The notes under the pieces are model-generated. The model was not told where the DNA came from, made no database searches, and was given only the letters and a program-made list of their open reading frames with translations. Positions 8,201-15,686 of a stretch of DNA of 64,000 bases are shown piece after piece. This stretch comes from Candidatus Latescibacterota bacterium (lineage in GTDB: Bacteria > Latescibacterota > UBA2968 > UBA8231): assembly GCA_965217585.1 (NCBI GenBank), contig OZ244561.1, positions 2,368,001-2,432,000 on the forward strand, given 5' to 3'. Position numbers and translations under genes: made by a program. The stretch's first letter is position 1, and each line of letters begins with the position of its first letter.

Positions 8201-8432
8201 CTTCAATGTGGAAAAGGCCATCGCGGTCGGGCCGAGGCAAATCCCGGTACTCAACCTCGACCGAGGCATCGCCGAGTCCCAAGCTCAGTTTAATGGAAAA
8301 AGTATAAGAGTCCTGTTGTTCGACTTGATAGTCGGCCAGCGGCAAGCGCTCGCCCAAAAGCCGGGGCAGTCGCTGGTGGACGAAAAGGTCAAAAGATTCC
8401 CTATGCCAAGGTACGTCGAGATTCAATGTCAT
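5259..8432 (-). CDS. Miniaturised single-chain RNA polymerase beta-beta' (RpoB-RpoC)-like fusion protein, 1057 aa
   Basis: Colinear RpoB motifs: [112 protein letters not shown]. These are followed by RpoC motifs: [24 protein letters not shown], FSGR...[51 protein letters not shown]. Confidence 0.93.
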   Translation of the reverse strand: [1057 protein letters not shown]

Positions 8433-9028
8433 TGATGTTCCTCCGGGTTATGGATAGCCTGCCAAGCCTGTGAGAGCTGGCGGCGGCCGTGGTGCAGACG
8501 CGACTTTACGGTGCCTTCGGGAATGCCCAGTCGCTCGGCGGCGTCCCGCACCTCGACTTGGGCGTCGTAGATCAGACGGAAAACCTCGCGCTTGTCCTCG
8601 GACAACTCTTGTACCTGTCGCCGCAGCCAGCGCTGCTGGTCAGCCCACTCCACTTGGGCGTCGGGGCGCTCAGACGCGGCCTCAATCATCCATTCGGGCA
8701 CTTGCTGCGTTTCCTGCTCCACGGTTTCAGACAGCATTTCCAGCCGCTGCTCCCGCCGCCGCCGCACAGTGCGCAGGTGCGTCAGGGAAAGATGAGTAGC
8801 AATGCGGAACAGCCAAGCAGCCACAGACCCTCGACCACTCCATTGGCCAGCCCGGTTCCACACCCGCAAGAAAACCTCTTGTACTACATCGTTAGCACTC
8901 GCATCGTCGCGGACGATGCAGCGCACGTGATGGTGGATCTGCTCCCGATAGCGCTCAAAGAACTGCTGGAACGCGCATGCGTCGCGTTCTTTTATTTGCG
9001 CTATAAGTTGTGGATCCGGTATCTGCAT
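8429..9028 (-). CDS. ECF (group IV) RNA polymerase sigma factor
   Basis: 199 aa with region 2 (ANDVVQEVFLRVW...AWLFRIATH) and region 4 HTH (AAERLGIPEGTVKSRLHHGR). Its stop overlaps the next gene's start (ATGA). Confidence 0.95.
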   Translation of the reverse strand: MQIPDPQLIAQIKERDACAFQQFFERYREQIHHHVRCIVRDDASANDVVQEVFLRVWNRAGQWSGRGSVAAWLFRIATHLSLTHLRTVRRRREQRLEMLSETVEQETQQVPEWMIEAASERPDAQVEWADQQRWLRRQVQELSEDKREVFRLIYDAQVEVRDAAERLGIPEGTVKSRLHHGRRQLSQAWQAIHNPEEHQ

Positions 9029-9045
9029 CGAGGCCTCTGCAGATA

Positions 9046-9073
9046 AAGACGCCGCCCGGAAAGTACAGGTTCA
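9046..9073 (-). promoter_or_regulatory. ECF-type (probably autoregulatory) promoter TGAACC-N16-CGTCTT
   Basis: Minus strand TGAACC tgtactttccgggcgg CGTCTT lies about 18 nt upstream of the sigma ATG. It matches the AAC(-35)/CGT(-10) ECF consensus with a 16-nt spacer. Confidence 0.7.
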
Positions 9074-9128
9074 AGGGCGAAGGTGAAAAAGCCCGGAAAT
9101 CTCATTGAAGGCTGGCTTCCTCCTTGAG

Positions 9129-9156
9129 TTGACCCACTAGTCGAGCATGGTATTTT
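9129..9156 (+). promoter_or_regulatory. Possible sigma70 promoter for the divergent PhyH operon
   Basis: TTGACC-N16-TATTTT with a TG extended -10 element. Confidence 0.35.
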
Positions 9157-9329
9157 ACAGCAGTCCTGAATGACTTGAACGATTCGATAGGCGGATCGTC
9201 TTGTGAATATTATTCTGCGTCTGTCTGCGTCCATCTGCGGATCATCTTGTGAATGGTTTTGCTATACCACCCACCGCCTGAAGACCAGCTTCAACCCTTA
9301 CAGGCGCTCTTGCGCCAGATCGAGACCCC

Positions 9330-10286
9330 ATGAGCCTAACGCCAGCCCAACTCGACCAATTCCACCGCGACGGCTATATCATCGTTCCCGACCTATTCAC
9401 GGCTGACGAGATGGACGCTGCCCGAGCGGCGATGGAACAGACTTTCTACGGCCAATCCTTCCAGCAATGGCTGGCCGATTGCGACCGCGGTGAAGCGGCC
9501 GGGGTCTCGGACGGCTTCACCACTACGCACGACCACTCCGAGGGACGCTCGCAATTTCCCGTGGGCGCACCGGCCTTGGATCGGCTGATAGAAAACGAGA
9601 CGTATCTCGACATTTTTGAGCAATGCCTAGGCGCAAAAGCCAGCTACTGCAACGCCCACCTTTTTATGCGCTCGGGGCCTACTGACAAGCGCCATCCCGA
9701 CAATCCCTGGGAGGGGTACCACATTGACCACTACACCAATTGCCTGCTGCCGCCCCACGACCAGACAGGCCGTTTTGACTACGTCAATTCGGGGGTGTAT
9801 CTGCACGATGTCGAAGACGACGGTGCCCCCATGCTGCTCATCCCCGGCTCGCACAAAGTAGCTGGCCCCGCTTTTGTGCGGGCACTTGCCCAAGGCAACG
9901 CCGCAGGTGGGTCCTTCAAAGACCTTCGCCAAGCCACCGAACTGGCTGCCCCGGTTCCCGCCACTGGCCGACGGGGGACGGCTGCGTTCTACTCGTCGTA
10001 CCTAGTCCACGCAGCGCAACCCTTTGCCAATAAGCGCACGCAGCGCGCCTTTTGGACCTTGTCCATGTGCCGCTGCGACAACGATCGCTGGACCCGATTC
10101 GCCAATCCCTTCATCTACGGCGAACGCGAGCACATGCTGCCCTTTTTCACGGCCACCACGCCCCGAGTGCGCGGCCTGTTCGGCTGGCCCGAACCCGGAC
10201 ACCCGTACTTCACCAGCCAAACCTTGGACCTCTTGGAACATACCCTACCCGGTATTGATACAGGCCCCTATCGCGATGACAGTTGA
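9330..10286 (+). CDS. Phytanoyl-CoA dioxygenase (PhyH) family Fe(II)/2OG oxygenase
   Basis: LTPAQLDQFHRDGY, YHID (HxD), IPGSH and distal LVH. Confidence 0.9.
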   Translation: MSLTPAQLDQFHRDGYIIVPDLFTADEMDAARAAMEQTFYGQSFQQWLADCDRGEAAGVSDGFTTTHDHSEGRSQFPVGAPALDRLIENETYLDIFEQCLGAKASYCNAHLFMRSGPTDKRHPDNPWEGYHIDHYTNCLLPPHDQTGRFDYVNSGVYLHDVEDDGAPMLLIPGSHKVAGPAFVRALAQGNAAGGSFKDLRQATELAAPVPATGRRGTAAFYSSYLVHAAQPFANKRTQRAFWTLSMCRCDNDRWTRFANPFIYGEREHMLPFFTATTPRVRGLFGWPEPGHPYFTSQTLDLLEHTLPGIDTGPYRDDS

Positions 10287-10325
10287 AAGACAGCCAACTA
10301 TGAATCGAGAGGTGGTTTCTCATCT

Positions 10326-11237
10326 ATGACTCCGACAATCACCCTGCGACAAAAAGTAATAGAAGGGGCCCAAAAAGGGCCCAACCTGCTGCTCCTAGGC
10401 GGCGTCCACGGCGACGAATTCGAGTCTATGGCAGCCATCCGCCGCCTGCTGGACCACCTCGACCCAGCGGCCTTGCGGGGCCGCCTCACCGCTATCCCCG
10501 TAGTCAACGAGGCCGCCTATTGGCGCGGCCAGCGCACAGCCGAGGACGAGCTGGACTTGGCCCGCACCTGCCCAGGCCGGCCCGACGGCTCGATCACCGA
10601 GCGCACGGCCCACGCCGTCAGCCAGGAAATCCGCCGGGCCGACTATCTCATCGACCTGCATAGCGGCGGGCTAGTCATGGAATTCTACCCTACCGTGGGG
10701 TACTCCCTGCATCCCGATAAAGCCGTCCTCGACGTGCAACGGCGCATGGCCCGGGCTTTGAATATGCCCATCATCTGGGGCACCTCGGCCCGGCTCGACG
10801 GACGCACGCTCTCGGTGGCCCGCGACGCCAACGTGCCGGCCATCTACGCCGAGTGGATGGGGAGTGGTACGTGCGATCCCCGGGGCGCGGATGCTTATTT
10901 CGAGGGCTGCCTGAACGTCTTGGCCGAACTGGATATGATCGACCGCATCCTGCCGCCCCTGCACACCGAGTACACCGTGGAGGACGACCGCGACAACGCA
11001 GGTCACATACAGATCAATTACCCGGCGCCTTTTGCCGGTTATTTCGAGCCCCAGGTAACATTGAAGGCACCCGTGCAACCGGGCGATGTGATCGGCACGG
11101 TGGTCGATCATCTGGGGCAGCGGCGCGAGGAAGTGGTATCGACCCAAGCGGGCTTGATCCTGTGTCTGCGGGTCTTCAATCGCGTCCACCAGGGCGACAG
11201 TTTGGCCGCGGTTTTGGAACTCGACCCTTCCCAATGA
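10326..11237 (+). CDS. Succinylglutamate desuccinylase/aspartoacylase (M14-like) family protein
   Basis: GGVHGDE, DLARTCPG and IDLHSGG motifs. Confidence 0.9.
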   Translation: MTPTITLRQKVIEGAQKGPNLLLLGGVHGDEFESMAAIRRLLDHLDPAALRGRLTAIPVVNEAAYWRGQRTAEDELDLARTCPGRPDGSITERTAHAVSQEIRRADYLIDLHSGGLVMEFYPTVGYSLHPDKAVLDVQRRMARALNMPIIWGTSARLDGRTLSVARDANVPAIYAEWMGSGTCDPRGADAYFEGCLNVLAELDMIDRILPPLHTEYTVEDDRDNAGHIQINYPAPFAGYFEPQVTLKAPVQPGDVIGTVVDHLGQRREEVVSTQAGLILCLRVFNRVHQGDSLAAVLELDPSQ

Positions 11238-12568
11238 TCAACTTTTCCGCGCCGCTGGACTCGCGCCGTTTCCAGTCCGCGCTCCTGCTTCTTTTAGGCC
11301 CCCTGTTCATCGGGGTCTCCTTTGTCCTTATGCTGCGACGGGTGGAACCTGTGACCACCTTGTTTTATCTGTGCGCTTGGTACGGTACCATTTGGACCCT
11401 GGACCGACTCATCCACTGGCGGGAAGGGCGCCCGCTCATCGCCCGCTGCGGTCCGGCTTTTTTGCTGATCCTTTTTTGGTCCGCAGTGGTGTGGTACGCC
11501 TTTGAGTTGATCAATTTCCGTCTGCAAAACTGGTATTATATCTTCGTCCTCGACCGCCCTGTTTTGCAGACGCTGAACGCCTTCTTCTCCTTTGCCACTG
11601 TTTTCCCCGGCCTGCTGTGGTTGGAATACTACTTGGGTCTGCACGGCGTGGCTGCCGGTTGGCAAGGTCGCCGTTGGTCGCTGACTCCCCGTCGCCTAAC
11701 CTTCCTGCAAATAGCCGGCCTGATCGGGCTAGCGCTGGTCCTTTTGTGGCCGCGCTACTTCTTCCCGCTCACTTGGCTCGCCTTTATCCTGCTCTTGGCT
11801 CCCGTCGAATATCGCCGCCTGCCCGACAGCTTGCTGCATCAATTGGCACGCGGCGACTACGCCCCATTGACCCGCCAGTTGCTGGCTGGATTCATCGCCG
11901 GTGGTCTGTGGGAGTTCTTCAACTACTGGGCCCAAGTCAAGTGGATCTACACAGTGCCTTTCTTTGCAGAATTGAAACTCTTTGAAATGCCGCTGGCCGG
12001 CTTTTTGGGCTTTCCTCCCTTTGCCGTGGAATGCGCTCTAGTCTATCGCCTGTTGGTCTGGTACAGGTTGGCACCTCCATTGGGAGCGCATCGGGACCAG
12101 CGGTCGGGACCGATCAAGGTCTGGAGTGCGCTCGTCGTCCTTTTGGCCGCGGCTTTCGCCCTGACGGTCAACCACTACATACACTTGAATATCGGCTCGG
12201 TGAAGCCGCGCTTGGCCAAAGTGGACAGTCTGGATCCGGCCGCCCGCACTTTTTTGCAGGACAAAGGCATCGTCTATCTGACCGATTTGGAAGCTGGAGG
12301 ATCGGCGGAAATTTGGCGGCAAATGGAAGGAGAATTGGGCCGCGAACGCACCCAATCTACCCGCAGCCGCATCGAACTATACCTGCACCAAGGCATTGGG
12401 GTAGCATACGGCAATCTGCTAGTCAAAGCCGGGATCCGTTCACTGGCGGATTTGGCTACCTCATCTGCCGAGCAAGTAGAGGAGCGGATAAACGCGCTTT
12501 CCGGGAATGTCCGACGGCCCACCCCAGCGCAAATTCGCCTGTGGATCCGGCGGGTTCCAAGCCCTTGA
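11234..12568 (+). CDS. Multi-TM membrane protein with a C-terminal HhH-like (DUF4332-like) domain
   Basis: ATG overlaps the upstream TGA. LWEFFNYW..KWIY..FEMPLAGFLGFPPFAVE motif and C-terminal GIGVAYGNLLVKAGIRSLADLA. Confidence 0.75.
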   Translation: MINFSAPLDSRRFQSALLLLLGPLFIGVSFVLMLRRVEPVTTLFYLCAWYGTIWTLDRLIHWREGRPLIARCGPAFLLILFWSAVVWYAFELINFRLQNWYYIFVLDRPVLQTLNAFFSFATVFPGLLWLEYYLGLHGVAAGWQGRRWSLTPRRLTFLQIAGLIGLALVLLWPRYFFPLTWLAFILLLAPVEYRRLPDSLLHQLARGDYAPLTRQLLAGFIAGGLWEFFNYWAQVKWIYTVPFFAELKLFEMPLAGFLGFPPFAVECALVYRLLVWYRLAPPLGAHRDQRSGPIKVWSALVVLLAAAFALTVNHYIHLNIGSVKPRLAKVDSLDPAARTFLQDKGIVYLTDLEAGGSAEIWRQMEGELGRERTQSTRSRIELYLHQGIGVAYGNLLVKAGIRSLADLATSSAEQVEERINALSGNVRRPTPAQIRLWIRRVPSP

Positions 12569-12722
12569 CTACCCAAACCGGGCGATCCGGCCGGAGGGGA
12601 AATCGCCATTGCACGTCGGTCGGATCGGTCAGATATTGATTCGCTCATTTGCCGTGATCGTACTCAATCAGCCCCCGCGATGGACGGGGCGCACCGCATT
12701 GGAGGAAACAAGGGAGTAACAA

Positions 12723-13652
12723 ATGTTTCGCGAAGCAATCGGTTTATTCGTCCCTGAACCAAAGGCCAAACTCTACATCCCCAAGAACAGTGGTCTGCAT
12801 GAATATGTGAACAATCTGCTGAGTGAAATTGGCGTTAGAGACGGAGGTGAGTTCACGCGGACTGACGAGAGTGTGGGAACCCTCGAAATAATTTCGGCGC
12901 GCGGTGAGGATGTGCCCCAACGGGTTGACGATTGCCTCCTACGTGGAGAAGTCGCGTATGGCCTCACTGGAGACGATCTATTCGACGAGTATATGCTGGG
13001 GGCTGGAGACTCTCCACTTGGGGTCCTCAATACCTACGATTGGTTCGATCCAAGTGCTCAATTCTATCGGCCTGCCCTTTGTCTGTTGAATTGCGCAGGG
13101 CGGATTCCAGATTCGTCCGCGATGGTTTCCATTGCCGTGAACAAGAAATATGAACTATCCTCTCGCCAGTATCTGTCGCAGCGCTTCCAATCCAGCAAAC
13201 TGCAGATCAGTATCGTTGCTTACGCTGGCGACACTGAAAACACCGTAGCAGAGGGTACTCACGACTGGTGTGTCGAGGTGGTGTATCGGGGGGAACGCTC
13301 GCCCGCAAGCGCGATGTCCAAGACTGGCCTCAAGGTCGCCGAGGTCGTCCGCTTCAGCGACATCTCATTGATCGGACGGGAAATCGTCAATCCCTGGGCA
13401 GAGGAGTACCGGAGAATATCCGCGGTCGCGCAAAAGCCCACAGGCTCCAGTACGTCAAAGCTCCTTGCAGACAGCAATGAGATTTGCAAGAAAGTCGGTG
13501 AGGAATCGGCTGAGTTTGTGAGAGCTTTTACACAGGAAACGGGGATTCCAGAAGAATTTAACGGCGTCGTGTATGCGTTGATGGTCGCAGCCGCAAAACT
13601 GCAAGTTCCCTGGCAGGAAATCGAGGCGGATCTGAAATCTAGGTGGTCGTGA
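12723..13652 (+). CDS. ATP phosphoribosyltransferase (HisG catalytic core) fused to a HisE-like domain
   Basis: IPKNSGL, RGEDVP, YGLTGDDLFDE, AGDTE and VEVVYRG (HisG-like). C-terminal GSSTSKLL...ICKKVGEESAE (HisE/MazG-like). Confidence 0.7.
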   Translation: MFREAIGLFVPEPKAKLYIPKNSGLHEYVNNLLSEIGVRDGGEFTRTDESVGTLEIISARGEDVPQRVDDCLLRGEVAYGLTGDDLFDEYMLGAGDSPLGVLNTYDWFDPSAQFYRPALCLLNCAGRIPDSSAMVSIAVNKKYELSSRQYLSQRFQSSKLQISIVAYAGDTENTVAEGTHDWCVEVVYRGERSPASAMSKTGLKVAEVVRFSDISLIGREIVNPWAEEYRRISAVAQKPTGSSTSKLLADSNEICKKVGEESAEFVRAFTQETGIPEEFNGVVYALMVAAAKLQVPWQEIEADLKSRWS

Positions 13653-13847
13653 TCTACCGATGCGCCAGCACCGCAGCTAACAACAGATGGCCTGTGCGCT
13701 CCTTTTTGGCAATTTGAAAACGTTGGAGGAGATTGACCTGCGTCACCAGCAGTATTACTGTACAAATATCATCTACCATCACGGTCTGCGTCGTCCCGCC
13801 GGATACGGGCTGACGCAGACGCAACCCACGGCGAAAGGAAGTTTCTG

Positions 13848-14339
13848 ATGGCCATTATCAATGAACTCCTCGAGAACAACGCCCGCTATGCCGAGAACTT
13901 CGACAAGGGCGACCTTCCCCTGCCTCCAGGACTGCACCTCGCGGTGGTGGCCTGCATGGACGCGCGCCTCGACACGCACAGCCTGCTAGGGCTCGCAGAA
14001 GGGGACGCGCACGTGATTCGGAACGCGGGCGGCGTGATAACCGACGACGCGATTCGTTCGCTGACTATCTCGCAGCGGCTACTGGGCACGACTTCGATCA
14101 TGCTCATCCACCACACGGACTGCGGCATGCTGACGTTCCGCGACGACGAGGTGAAGGACGCGATCGTGGCGGATACCGGCATCCGCCCGGCCTTCGCCCT
14201 AGAGGCATTCGGCGATCTCGCGGCGGACGTAAGGCAGTCGATAGCCCGCATTCAGTCTAGCCCGTTCATCCCGCACAAGGACGACGTGCGGGGGTTCGTC
14301 TATGACTGCGCCACCGGAAAGCTGAACGAGGTCACCTAA
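13848..14339 (+). CDS. Beta-class carbonic anhydrase (Rv1284-like)
   Basis: CMDAR, RNAGG and HTDCG zinc-ligand motifs. Confidence 0.95.
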   Translation: MAIINELLENNARYAENFDKGDLPLPPGLHLAVVACMDARLDTHSLLGLAEGDAHVIRNAGGVITDDAIRSLTISQRLLGTTSIMLIHHTDCGMLTFRDDEVKDAIVADTGIRPAFALEAFGDLAADVRQSIARIQSSPFIPHKDDVRGFVYDCATGKLNEVT

Positions 14340-14345
14340 CCCCGA

Positions 14346-14383
14346 GCCGAGGCACCACAGCCGTGCAGCATTGGTGCCTCGGC
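14346..14383 (+). terminator. Hairpin downstream of the carbonic anhydrase
   Basis: GCCGAGGCACCA...TGGTGCCTCGGC 12-bp stem with no U-tract. Confidence 0.45.
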
Positions 14384-14547
14384 ACGCTTCGCGGCGACAC
14401 TAGGTAATCGTGATCTATCTATTGGTACGCCAGTGCCGCAATTAACAACGAATTGCCGCTGCGCTCCCCTTCAGCAACTTGAAAACGTTGGGCCGCCGTA
14501 AAGCCGCTGCTTCAGCTTCATTAGAAGACGCGAAATTTTGAGAGATC

Positions 14548-15093
14548 GTGCGACACTTGTTGCTGATTAGACATTGTCAGTCCTCAGGGCAAGACCCGGA
14601 TGCGGCGCTGACAGAGATTGGGCGGAAACAGGCGGAAGCACTCGCTAGGTTCTTGTCCGACTACCAGATCGACATGATCGTCTCCAGTTCCTACACGCGG
14701 GCACAGCAAAGCATTGAACCGTTCGCTGCTAACGTGGGATTACCTGTTCACTTGGATCACCGCCTAATCGAACGGACGCTTTCGGGGAGTCCGATTGACA
14801 ACTGGCGCGAGGTGGTCCGCGATTCATTTGGAGACTTGGAGTTGCGGCTACCGGGAGGCGAGTCGGCACGCGAAGTATTAGACCGCGGCTGGACCGCCAT
14901 AACCGAGCTAATCGACGGTGGTCACCAGTTCCCTATTGCGGTAACCCATGGCAACCTCTTGAGTCTGATCCTGAACTCACTGGACCCTACTTTCGGCTAC
15001 GCTGGATGGGAATCTCTATCGAATCCAGACGTATTCGCACTCAAATACGCCGACAATGGGCGATTGGTATTTGAGAGACTCTGGTCTGAGTAG
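14548..15093 (+). CDS. Histidine phosphatase (phosphoglycerate mutase) family protein
   Basis: LIRHCQS, RAQQS, GGES and VTHGN motifs. Confidence 0.9.
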   Translation: MRHLLLIRHCQSSGQDPDAALTEIGRKQAEALARFLSDYQIDMIVSSSYTRAQQSIEPFAANVGLPVHLDHRLIERTLSGSPIDNWREVVRDSFGDLELRLPGGESAREVLDRGWTAITELIDGGHQFPIAVTHGNLLSLILNSLDPTFGYAGWESLSNPDVFALKYADNGRLVFERLWSE

Positions 15094-15158
15094 GCACCGC
15101 TGACAACGCAGTTCGAGTACAAATGATTTTTGAGGTTGAAATATGAGGAGTACGTAGA

Positions 15159-15605
15159 ATGATACGGGCCATCACGTCAGAGGACTTGAAAGGTTGCGCG
15201 CGTCTATTCGTGAAGGTTTTCTCCGAATGGCCGTACGAGGAATCGTGGAGTGTCACCCAAGCGCACCACTATCTCAGTCGATTCTGGAAGTTCGATCCCG
15301 CTCATTGCCTCCTCGTTCTCGAAAAAGATGACGTGATCGGAGCGATGTTCGGATACTGCTATCCCTGGCAAGACCGAATCAACTATTACATGCAGGAACT
15401 TTTTATCGAGCCTGATCAAAGGCGGTCAGGCCACGGACGAAGACTGGTGCGTCATCTACTCGACAAAATCGGGGAATCGAACGCATCCATGTCCCTAATT
15501 GCCAATGAGGCAACGCCGGCAGCCGCGTTTTACGAGGAACTTGGATTGCGGCAGCATAGATATTACAAGTTCTATTGTGGCACCGTGAAAACGGGCGTGG
15601 AATAG
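15159..15605 (+). CDS. GNAT family N-acetyltransferase
   Basis: ELFIEPDQRRSGHGRRL acetyl-CoA motif and AAAFYEELG. Confidence 0.9.
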   Translation: MIRAITSEDLKGCARLFVKVFSEWPYEESWSVTQAHHYLSRFWKFDPAHCLLVLEKDDVIGAMFGYCYPWQDRINYYMQELFIEPDQRRSGHGRRLVRHLLDKIGESNASMSLIANEATPAAAFYEELGLRQHRYYKFYCGTVKTGVE

Positions 15606-15686
15606 TCCACCGTATAACACAGCGGTTTTCGCTGCGGTAGAAAGGTGATTCAATGCCCACGTTCTCTCTCGAATCAATCGACGTTT

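Larger units (their letters stand above)
13647..14493 (+). repeat. Pair of ~80-bp degenerate direct repeats (13647-13728 and 14408-14493), attC-like
   Basis: Both copies read tcgtgatcta...cgccag..ccgca..TAACaac...tgcgctcc...gcaa.ttgaaaacGTTGG. Confidence 0.7.

Noticed and set aside
5259-8432. Housekeeping rpoB/rpoC or a decayed pseudogene of them
   Set aside because: It is far too short and divergent, lacks ribosomal-protein context, and is one uninterrupted ORF with domain-scale deletions and its own sigma, promoter and terminator. No gene symbol was assigned.
5259-9028. Prophage-encoded RNA polymerase
   Set aside because: No integrase, structural or replication phage genes flank it, and the composition looks like the host's.
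10853-11233. N-terminal extension of the 571-aa ORF
   Set aside because: It overlaps the desuccinylase gene in another frame; ATG 11234 coupled to the upstream stop is the more plausible start.
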